Assembly: GCA_002633005.1 (NCBI GenBank)
Contig: NMRA01000582.1
Coordinates: 38,610 to 102,609 of the forward strand
Source: Phoronis australis
Lineage: Eukaryota > Animalia > Phoronida
DNA length: 64,000 bases
Direction of reading: 5' to 3'
The notes beneath the pieces were generated by a model. The model was given only the letters and a program-made list of their open reading frames with translations. It was not told the DNA's origin and did no database searches. The number at the start of each line of letters is the position of its first letter. Positions within the stretch are counted from its first letter, which is position 1. This document shows, in pieces, positions 26,801 to 38,800 of this stretch. Position numbers and translations under genes: made by a program.

Positions 26801-29800
26801 CAGCCACGCAGTGATTAGAAGTGGCGCAAGTTACCTCACCTCGATGATGTGGAGTAAGTTGTCACAAGTGGGGTTAGTTGTGCTAGTTTTAGTTGTGTCC
26901 AGACAGCATTCAAACCTAGCAACAACTCATTCAAGGAGGAAGTTATTCTAGAGTAAGTCTGTGTGCAGACTTCACGTATACCGTTGTTGCACTGGATTTT
27001 AATCTTTGTGGAGATAAACATGTATTGTTGCATCTGCTATTCTTGGGCAGTTGATGTGATAGTAAAATAGTGTTATTTCCGTCTGCACATTATGGCTTTA
27101 CTATCGCCATCCTGTCACTTTCCAAAAAGCTGGAGTTTAATGTGGCCACAATTCTGAAGAGAAATTCTAGCAAGATAGATTGTCTTGTTTATTTAATACA
27201 TATTGATTTTTCTGGGGGCAATGTCTACACACATGTTAATGGCCACCTAAGGGTTATGTTGAAGAAGATTACATGTAACCAGCTCTAATTCTCTCTCTTT
27301 CTCATGCGTACAATAAATTCTCTAATTTCAGTCAGACAGAGCCGATCAAATAACCATTTCTTTAGTAAAAGGCTAACTGTATAAGATTCGCAATTTGGGA
27401 CAGTCTAATGAATTTGAGACATGGCAAATTATTCAAAAAAATGAATTTTCATTCTGAAATCTGGGACAAGGGTGATTCATTATCGTATTTCTCAAATTCT
27501 GTATTCAATCTACAGAGTGGGTAATTTTGTCGTCTTTCCAATGTTTCTTAACTTTAGGACAACAAATATTGTGCAAACCATGCTGAGAATTAATCGAAAC
27601 TTCATTAATTTTTATTTTGTGGATAACTTTTGCCAAAAGGAAATTCCACCTGTCTGTCATATTGTGTGAAATCACGTAACAGGTCTTTAAACTAAGGTGT
27701 AGAGGGATCGCATGTTTTTGAACTGGATACAGTGTGGCAGGATAGTGTAAATTTGATTTCATGCAAATTTTCAACAAAAATAAATAGGAAGTAAACTTTA
27801 TTTCGTCATTTTTGTAACTGATATTCTACGTCTGCCATCAACAAACACGCAATGAAATTAGTGCAAAACACTACAGTGGGCTTTAGAAAAAGAAAGCTGT
27901 GAATTTAGGCGGTTATTTATGTTCGAATCTGAGGAGTTACCGTAATGTGGTGTACACAGCAAAAGTTGTATGCTCTGTGCGTCTCATTAATTTTAAGGGT
28001 ATGGGCGTTATGTGTCGGCTTTCATTGGAAAAATGTTGTGATTCCAAACTATGATTGTGTCACAAGATGGAGTAGTACAAAAAGTATGTGTTTCTAGTGG
28101 AACTTCCTACACATATACAGTACATGTGGAATGTAACTAGGTAATACTGTTTCCTAGTCATGACATTCAATTCCCCTTGCAGCAAAAGTGACTGGTAATG
28201 ACTCATTGCAGCAAAACACTAAATATGGATTAGCGTTTCCATTTCAGTAACTTGTCCTCATTCAGTTATGAGGGACTGTCACAAAATGATGAAGTCTACT
28301 TGTATCTATTGCCATCATGACGTAATTCTGTTCATTTTTCAATTACTTTTAGTATGTATTCCGTATGGAAAATTTTCTCAGTAAAGATTGGTGTCAAAAT
28401 GTTATTTTTCAACGAGTCTATTGTGACTGCGCGTATCAAGGCTGCAAGGGCGATCTGTTGCGGTAAAAATTTACTGTGAAATAGTTTTGTAATTAAAGCT
28501 GAAATTGATTTTTTGTTTCTGACCATTGGAGCGCAACATTCTTTACTCTCTTCATATGTGTTCAGTATCATAAACTGCGCAGAACGTTCAAACGATTCTT
28601 GAAACGGGTCTCTTTCTAGTTCATAAAAATCAAGACTTTTCAATATTTGTGCATTCCAAAATTGCTCATATGCACATCTTCCAAAATCAAAGGCATCCAA
28701 AGATAAGTCATTAATTATCATTATCATTATCATGATTCAGTTATGTTGTTTCAGTTAACTGATCTGTTGTAGCATTAGAATGTATGAAATAGGGAATTTA
28801 CGTTGCGTATACTTAGTTAGGGAAACAGTCTTACACAGAAATTCCTGCAGTGCACTTGTGGTTGCTTTTCTTGTTCTAAAACTTACTTTGTGTGCAGCTT
28901 TTATTAAGAACTTGTTGTATTTTGCAGACTCGTGACAACTTTGATGTCACGCGAGAGGAGTCCGAGCACCTAATGAATAAAATACTGGAGGTGCGTGGCA
29001 CGGTAATGGTAGTTTTGTTTATTTAACCTCGGTCACGACTGTGTCCTCCATGTTACTACCCAGAGACTCAATGTTTAACCACCCAAAGATACGGGGAAAA
29101 TATGTTTTGGAAGACATTGTGTTGGGAAATAAGTCCATATTAGAATGAATATTAATTATGAACTGTAATAGCGGTGTGACTGAGACACCAAGGGGAAATC
29201 ATGGTTTTCTTTTGTCAAGTAGTTACTGAAGAATTTGAGATGGGTCTGAAAGCTCTCACTTTTCAAATATTTTGACACTGTTTCTCGTTGACTACTTTTC
29301 TAATCCATTTTCAGCACTGAAAAAGTTTTGGTTGCTCATCCCGCTGTCCTCAAAACTTGCAAAAGTTGTTTGTCAAACCCAGAGTACACCAAGGTGCTAT
29401 CGGCTCACTTTCTTCCAAAAACGTTGAACTTCATCAAGACCACAACAGTGATCTTGGCTTGTTCTTTGAACTAAAGGCTCATTACTGCTCGAGACCACGC
29501 CCAGCATTTCCGTTGACCTGTCGTGTAGAACTAACTTTTTGATCCTGGTTTCCAGCAGTAAAGACTTCCAATCTCATTGATGAATAATTAGAGGCTAATT
29601 TTACGATCTTACAATAATTTATGCAAATTCATAGTTATTTTTAGCCTAAGGTTGATTCATAGAAACTTTAATTGGTGCCTTGTGTCAGAGTTTGGTTGCA
29701 TTCTATTGAAAGTAATCTACAAAGAAACTTAATACTCAAGGTGTCACTATACTATGATTATGTTTTAGTTGCGCCCCCTGTGTGTTCTTCTTGTTTTAAT

Positions 29801-32800
29801 GTCTGAACAACATAATTCAGCACTGCAAATTAATATGTGCGATGATCCTTTATATAATTTCAGCGTCTTGATAAATGTAACCTCACTGCCAAAATATAAC
29901 CTGCATATTTTCTTAAACCCAACGCTCAGATTAAATCAAAAGTTTTATTTTTCTCAATTTCTTGTCTGTCGTTTGCTGCTTGCAGTTATTCTTTTGTTCA
30001 TTTCTCACCTTCAGAAGCCTCAAGACGCTCCAGTTAACAAAAGGGTTACCAGAGAAGGATATTTGTTTCTCCAAGAAAAAAGTAAGTAGTAAGTGAAGGT
30101 AAAAAGTAATTTAAGAGGCTGAAAACCGTCCTTACATCACAAAAAATCACCTTAGACTGCTTTTTGTTATGAAATTGTGTAATAGTTATACTGTTGATGA
30201 TAGGAGAACTTCATAAGAATTGACAGTTAGTTATAGCTTGAGACCAGGCTTCATATATGTTGTCATGTGATGGCGTGTCATTTTATGCGCCAAACACGGT
30301 CTCGGGGAGTGACTAACCCTCAGTTCTTTGCAAATCAAGAAATCATGTCTCACCCGAGTAAGGAACAAGTTGAGACCAATTTTACTGCGATAAGTTGTTT
30401 AAATAAATTGTTTGCTTCTTGGAGGGAATTCAAGTTTACGGACATTTTAAAAGGTGGAGCAATCACTTTTGATGTCAGGTTTAGTAAAGATACAGATATT
30501 TAATTACCTTCCTCATGCTAATTACTATTACCTGTCTTGTATCTACGATCCTTTGAGCAGTAGAAAGTGATATAAATGACGTACCAAAGGACCAGCATCT
30601 TGGTTTTCCATTCACTTCCATTGAGGAAATGTGGTGTCCTACTCCCTATTAAATACAGTCTACCAGGTCGTTGTTTGCTCAGTGGAAGTGAATTTTGAAT
30701 TGCAGATGTTTTCCTAATGACAAGAGTGGTTGATGTTGATTTTCAGACGGTCGGTCTACTGTAGCACCCCCTAGGGGCAATTTTGTTTTATTTCTTGCAT
30801 TCTGTGTCTCATCATTTCTTTGATTTCTAATATGGCTGTACGTGGTTTGTTGTCAGAGGCCTTGACGACAACATGGAGCAAGTATTACTGCGAGTACAAG
30901 AAAGAAAAGAAGAGTTTCTCCATGGTGGCCTACAATCAAGCCAGCGGAAGTAAAGTGGTAATGCCAGAGCCGTCGACGCTCAGTTCTTGTGTCAGGTAGG
31001 TGTATCGTGGTGATGAACACCTGTATGGTAAAATGATGCACCTTGTTCATTCTTGATCACTTTTATAGTGATGTCCTATTATCTAGTAAAAAAATTTGAT
31101 GTGGTGTCATCATGCGATGACTTGGAAGTCACACACAGCGCTCTCTATTGCCAACTTCTTGAAAAGACATTTATATGGCAGATTAACATTTCTAATTTTA
31201 CGTGACTTGCTTGTGGACTGAGTGGAGCTAGTTAACTGCCTGAGTAGTCATTTCTTTGTCACAAACTTGATTTGTTTTTGTTTGACCTTTTGGTTGTATA
31301 TGGATGTTATTTGTTATTTGTTGGGCAAGAATGCTAATATACACATTTGTGTTGGAATAATATGAACGGATTGAAACAAATCTTTTTTAAATTCATATTC
31401 GCATGAGTTGTTCTAAATTTTTACTATTGTATCATTGTAAACCATTTGCTTTGAATTATTGGCCCATTATGTATTATACCATGTCTGCAGTATTGTCTGT
31501 TCTTTCTTTCAGGCGTGCATCAGACTCGATCGACAAGCGGTTTTGTTTTGACATCACACTACAAGACAAGCCAGGCACTCTAACACTTCAGGCTCTCTCC
31601 GAGGATGACCGTAGACTCTGGCTGGACGCCATGGACGGCAAGGAACCGGTAAGGTCGAAGGTCACAGGCTGGACATCATGATCTGATTGGTTGTTTCTAC
31701 TAGCAACTGTTCACATGGCAGATGTGATCCTACGGAGCTGACAATGGATGATGACAAGATTCTGACTAATCTGACTACTGCTGTGCCCCCTAGTGCCAAT
31801 TTTAGTCATTTCGACTGTATCTTCTGAGTTAATTGGTGTATTTTTTCAAAAATTTTGCAGACAGGTTTCTGTTATGGAGTTTATGATCATTTCCATTTTT
31901 GGACAGATTCAACATATTCTGCGCCACCTGGTGGCCATTTTTATCATTTGCCTCTGTACCAGCCAAGCTACTCAAAACATTATGAAAATTAGGAGTCGTG
32001 TTCTTCCTGACAAGAGCACGACTGACATGGATTTTCAACACCCTAGTGGCTGTATCTCTTAAACCCCTAATAAGATTGTTTGGAAATAGGCAAGTGTATT
32101 GCTATTAACTTGACAACAGATGGGCGGATCTGACTACCATTGTGCCACCTATTGGCAATTTGTTTTTTCACATTTGCTTCTGTAATTTTGGAGCACTTGA
32201 TAAATTTTCATGCATAGTTTTGTATTAGGGAGATGACTAACACCTTCTCAGTTTCGGATGGGTTCAACATATTCTGCACCATCTAGTGGCCATTTTTATG
32301 ATACCAGTAAACACCCCTAGAAGCATACAATTTGCGTTGTAGTTGTAGGCTCATTTCAATGCTCTGTCTTGCTCTTGTTACTTTTACCAGTGTACATTTG
32401 ACAGAAATGTCACATTTATGAATGTATGAACAGGAATGCTCTTAAGTCATTCTGATGCTTATCATGTCTCTTATGGTGATTTTTAAGTCATTCTGATGCT
32501 TATCATATCTCTTATGGTGATTTTTTTTCTGTCCAATCATTAATGATTATAGCTCAGGATTTCACTTTGCATTTTGCAAATCTGGAACTCATGGGAGTTC
32601 TACTGTGTTTCATTTGTATTTTTGTACTCAACCACCCACGTGTGTAGTCACCTTGGCTACCGCCTTGTGCCTTCCATGTCTATCACTTAGGAACATAAAT
32701 AGCGCAGACTCCACTTGGGTGTATCGTGTAATTTGTAGTTCTTTTCTCTGCATTTCTCCACAGATTTATCAGGAGACACAGCCTCAACCAGAACGTGAAT

Positions 32801-35800
32801 ACACAGGTATTGTATGAGTGCATGCTGCCTGTTGCGGGGTGAAGAGTGCTGCTTTATCTTAAGTCATACTCTTCAAGATTGAAGCGAGTATGATTTAAAT
32901 GTTAGTCAACTATTCGAATGAAGCGTTTTGACTGAAACTGGGAGGTCATCCTTGGTTTGACTTCAGGTGTACTCTTATGGTTAAAACTTGTTTGTCAGGT
33001 GACTTGTGAACTTTCAATCCGCCACCAGCAAAATTAGGTGTTCACTCGTGTCTTTATGGTAACTGTATACATGTACCATAAATTGTATTTGATTCATCTA
33101 GACTCTACAGTGGTACCTCAGTTATAACTCTACAGTTCACTCACTAGTGTTTAAGGTTACTGACATGAGACTATGAATGGCAATTACTATCACATGATAT
33201 GGTAGAAAAGTTGAAAAATTTTTGTTCTGTCAAATTTGTGTTGCTAAAAGTAAATGTTTGGAAATCCAACTTCTACAATATCTAGGCAATATTGTTTGTA
33301 AACTATTCAGGTTTCAAAAATGAAAAATAACTGTTTCGGTAATTTTTATGCAAAATAAGGGAACTGAGGTGCATGTGTATTTGCTAGAGTAGTGGACTTG
33401 TTACTAACAACTGGCCGGTCATTTGTTGATCTAGGTCTGCTGGATGAGGTGGGCTTCAACTTTGTGACTCTGTGCATTACTAGCATTGAGAAGCGGGGTT
33501 TATCTGACCAGGGGCTCTACAGGGTGGTCGGTGTGAGTTCAAAAGTCAACAAGCTGACCACCATGGGCTTAGGTATGTATTCTATCGCAATTACTTTGAG
33601 TAATCATTGTGCTGGATTCTGTTTATTGTAAATATATATCATGTACCGAGAGAGTGCTGTCATAGTGACCTTGAGAACTAACTGACTTGAGAGGGCGTGT
33701 ATTGTGCGACAAACTTTGGATGCCACATCAATTGCCACTGCTTTATTAATGTTTTACGTGAACCATGTTGTAGACCGGCGGAAAGCCGAGAAGTTGGACC
33801 TTGATAAAGATGGAGAATGGGAGGTGAAGACCATAACTAGTGCACTCAAGACTTATTTCAGGTACAGACAGTCTGATGTATGTGTGGCAACCGTGCAATT
33901 TTTGTCTGTCCTATAATATCGGTAGAGTTGAGTGTAATGAAGACTACATAGCGAACGTGCTTGATAAGCTGTTATGTATGTACACTCATGTCGAACCTTG
34001 ACCTATATTTTGCCCTTGTTAAGCTGTCATTGTTGGTTTTTTAACTGAAATGCTCTGGAGTTTATAAACTTAAACACGCTTATCCAATCTTGAATTATTG
34101 CTGAATGAACTGGCTACTCAAGTTGCAGGCGATGCGTATATGCATCAATTTTGAATCTGCAGTTTTAGTGTTGACCAAATACAATTAAGTCTGAAGGGTT
34201 GTCTTGAGTCAATGATGGTTTCAGTGCTCTTGGTTGGTAATGGAGATAGAACCCTATCATGGTAAGGAATTGTATGGGACGAATATTATGAATGAAATAC
34301 TTAATGCAATTTTCATTTTTAGTCAGCTGAACAGGGCGAAATGCAGCACTGCTTAACCAAGATGGTCTCAAGCAATTTGTTATTGATGAAATTTGCTTTT
34401 ATATAAGCATTTTAGGAAATTGGAAAGTTTTGAATTCAGTTTCATGAAAATGTGAGGTCACGGATGTGATTTATTGAGAACCTTTGATGATTATGAAATG
34501 TGAAAAGGTGTCACTTGTTAAATCATAAATTGTGAAATTTTTACCTTTTCTGACAAGTTTTTGTTTCCTAGAGTCAAGAGACAATGTTAAATAGACAATT
34601 TTTGCTTCTATTTTTTAATGTTTTATCTCTGTCTTGCCACAGGACCTTACCTGAGCCACTTATGACGTTCAGTTTTCATGACCAGTTTATCGAGGCAGCC
34701 AGTGAGTACAAATAGTTTGACTAACAACTGTCCATGAGGATGAATAAAACATGGTCTGGCTAACTGTCACTGAGAACTTGTAATAGCTGATTTATTTGTC
34801 AAACATATAAGTACCAGGTGCTTTTGACCTTTTTGGATGTGTCAGAGATTTGAAATATGCACGTAGTCATTAATTCTTTTGTTGAACCATTGACTAAAGA
34901 AATGTTACCTTATTGTATGTTTTTTGGAATTTTTTACCCACTATGAGAGTTTTTAGCAAAAACATCCAGTGTTGGCGATATAGCAAAAGATGGTCACACC
35001 ATAAGCATTTATTTGATAAGGTGACGTGAACATTTCATCAAGTTAGTGAAAGTATCCCTTTCTAGCAAGAAGGATCTTAGTCAGATGAAATCAAAGGAAT
35101 TTTAACTGAGTTTGTCCATTTTTTAAATCTAGAATAGATACATGATACAGTTGATGGCTGTAGTGATTAACAGTACTATAAATTAGTGGTGTCCGAAATT
35201 TAGAAATGCGTTGTTTGCAAGTTTCTGTGCTCTCAATTTTCACAAATGGTGAGATTGTCCTAAATGTTAAAGATTGTACTCCATGTGACAGTTGCACATC
35301 AATTATTTGCAGTGTGGCTAATTTTGCTTCTTTGACTGCCGTAGAATTGTCAGAGAAAGAGAACAGAATCCAAGCCATACACAGTTTGCTGTATCAACTG
35401 CCCAGCTCCAACTTTAGGATGCTTGAAGTTTTGGTCAAACATCTACACAAGTAAGTAGGATGGCTGTCCATGTATTAATGTTGGTGTTTAAGTTAGAACA
35501 AGGTATTACAGCCTGACATCTTGTGATTGAAGTCATTTTGAAAGATCTATTATGATTTGGGAGTATCCCATGTGCTAAGTGCTGAAATGTTTTGAGATGT
35601 TCGTGCACTGAATAAACATGGCAGCTGAAAGGAGGATCCCAAGGTCCTTGTCTTCACATTTTTGGGATGCTCTTGGTGTGAAAGTCACATCTGTGAGGAA
35701 TGACTTCAGGTACACTGTCGTGGAACACACCTGTACAGTAGTGACTTTCAGTCTCATGATGTATTTAGATGTCGACAGTTTGAAAAGGCCATTGTTTCTG

Positions 35801-38800
35801 TTATGAGCTGCCATGTTGATTTTTTTAATCTTTGTGTATAGTGAATTGTGGGTGAATTTTTAACTTAAAAATATCATGGCTAAACAATCGTCGTGATTTC
35901 CTTCAGTTACATGTTCCCAATTTTGCATCGGACGTCACATTTGTCTGTTCCAGTGTGGCCAGTAACAGTCAACAGAACTTGATGACGGTGGCCAATATTG
36001 GGGTGTGCTTTGGCCCCACCCTGCTGAGACCACAGGAAGAGACTATGGCAGCCATTATGAACATCAAGTTCTGTAACATCATTGTAGAGATTATGATTGA
36101 TAATTATGACAAGGTAACGCCATGTTCTGCATTGGTTCTGGGTAGATTGATAATGAACGTAATTGGCAGTGGATGAAGCTTTTACATTATATTCGCTTAG
36201 GTTTTGTAGGACCCTATAAAATGGCCAAATTTGGCAGACTTTAGAACATCATACCTGACAAATGGCTTGTCAGATTTATATGAAACTTTCAGGTACTGTG
36301 CTTTGTGCGCTGTTCTCAGAAACGTTATTAGGAATTGTTTTGAAATGTTCCCTTTTTGCATGTGGGTCTGTCAGAAAAAGGATTTTTACGATTTTCATGA
36401 AAAATCTTTAAAATCTCATAATTAAAAACAAAATGATATTTCAGAATACTGCAACCTTGAATATTTATATTAAATAAAATTCAATCGTGTTTTGATACCA
36501 TTGTTTTGTTATCCATTATTTTATTTTTTGATAAATTTTACATAAAAGACACGGTCACGTGACCCAATTTATAACAGATTGGTAGAAAGTCATTCCATGT
36601 CAGCTTCTGATGACATTAATTTGGCTCATAATTTTTTGTTTCATAAGACACGGCCATTTTTATTGGATGAGGTGATTGAATGAGTTTTCTACTCGCAGCT
36701 ATTTAAATGTCCACCAGATGTCAACGCTAACAGCAAGCTGCAAGTTGTCGGACCAGTGGAGATTGATCTCAAATTCTCTGCCAACTCTGTGCCTGTCGAC
36801 AGGGGAGACAATATCCCATCGGAGCCGTCCAGGGAGGATAACTATGCCAAGCATGGTAGTGGTGGCAGTGACAGCCTGGACAGGGGAGACAATTCGAGCA
36901 CGCCTACTCCTAATTCGTCAGCGACCTCGACACCGAGTCTCAATAACAGTACCCCGAAGTCACCTCGTCAAACTTACGCTGAGGCACGTGCCAAGCTGAG
37001 GCCTTCGACCATCTACAATCCAAGTTCTTCGGGAGGAACCGGTGAGTACACTATGTCATCACTGAAGAGTGACATCTTTGAAGCCCTTTGACTTTGATAA
37101 CTTTCCAAATAACTCTCTGGTTTTCGCTTCAATACGTGGTTGAACTTAATGACGCCCTACTTTTTAAGCATTGCACATTTTCCTGGATCCGTTGTCATTA
37201 ATTGGGATTCTTTTGTATGTGGATGCAATGGTGTCAAAAGAGTCAGTAGCAGTTTCCACTGACTGCAACTACCTGACTGCTTAGAGCGCACTCTTGTGGC
37301 CTGGGTGTGACTTAAACGTTACAGAGAGGTGGTAGATATAGCATCTTTTTGGTTGCCACAGTATTGCATCAGTGCATTGGGTTTTTGTTATCTTGACTTT
37401 AGTTGAGAACAGTGAATTGTTTTTATAATGATGAATGGATAGAAACATCAGGTATTTTGAGATCTCGTTCAGCCTTCAACTTAAAAAAGCTGTATTTTGC
37501 CCCTGTTTAGCTGTCAGTGTTGTATCACTAACCAAAGTGTTTTGTGTTTTAATAACGTCACCACGCTCACTCAATCTAGAATTATTTCAAAGGCAACTCA
37601 AGTCATAGGCAACGCGTACATGCGCCATTTTCGAATCCGCAATTTTCGGGCTGGCGAGTCCCATAAACTCTTAAACATTTAGTTGAGTCACTGATTTGGT
37701 AACGAGAACAGAATCCTGTTATGATAAGAAATATTATGAGACCAATTTTGAGAGAGAAGGCGTGTTAAACAGGGCAAAATGCTGCTTTAAATATGCACTG
37801 TGTATGTACGATGTACATTATGCATCGCTGTGCTGAAATGAATTAAAGTATCACTCTGGTATAGGTTCATGGTCTTGTAATTAGGGAGCTTCAGAAACAG
37901 GGCTAGGCTTATACTTGGGTGAGCTGACGTGGGGCATTTGTGCCCATGGGGTTGTATCACACACACTGACCCACATGACATGCATGTGATGAGCACTCGC
38001 TGTCGGGATGTGTTTTTCTAGACAGTTTGGTGCCCACCTGCCTTTATGCAGGGTACTCACGGTAGAGGTTGTCTGTTCAAAACGAACTAACGGGTAAAGG
38101 GGGGGGTGGGATTGTATTGACTAGGTGGCTGCATACATTAGAAAAATTGGGGTTTGGCTTATATTTGCATTAAAGGGCTTGCATGCCATTGTGAAGATAA
38201 TCCAAGATTGGAAGTGGAGCTTATACCCGGGGGTGGGCTTATACCCGGGGGTGGGCTTATGCCCGGGGGTGGGCTTATGCCTGGGGGTTGGCTTAGCCAG
38301 GGATGGGCTTACATTGTCGGTAAAATTTACACTGGGGATGGGCTTTTTACCAGAGCGAATACGGTACGTTGTGGAAAAATTATGTTTTTCCTGACTGGAA
38401 AATTTGGAGATTTTGATGTCTAAAGCTGTCGTGTTAATACTATTTACAAATTGCTTGATAAGTGGTTTCCCCGTCCCTCTCTGTAGGCTATAGTCCCAGG
38501 TATAGTTACACAGGTAAGTCTATAAACGCCAGTTCTCTGTTGGCAGATACAGTTGTTTGTGTTGTTGATGTGATCCTTCTGCCCACAGACGCTTACTGAT
38601 CTAATGTAACCAGAGCGTAGACAGACACTGGCTCATATAGTAAGGCTTTCTAAGCTTAGAGCACATTGCGACAGAACGTTAGGATCTTAGTTTGTCAAAT
38701 TTCTCTTCAATAATGAATTGTTTACTTCATTGAGTAGGACAGTGTAGACTATACATCTGTCATCAACCAACAGAGGGCGTTCTGTTACATTTCTCATTCA

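Noticed and set aside
28332-28733. 133-aa minus-strand ORF
   Set aside because: Starts in an (atc/att)n microsatellite, AT-rich, no recognisable domain; probably chance or a decayed repeat
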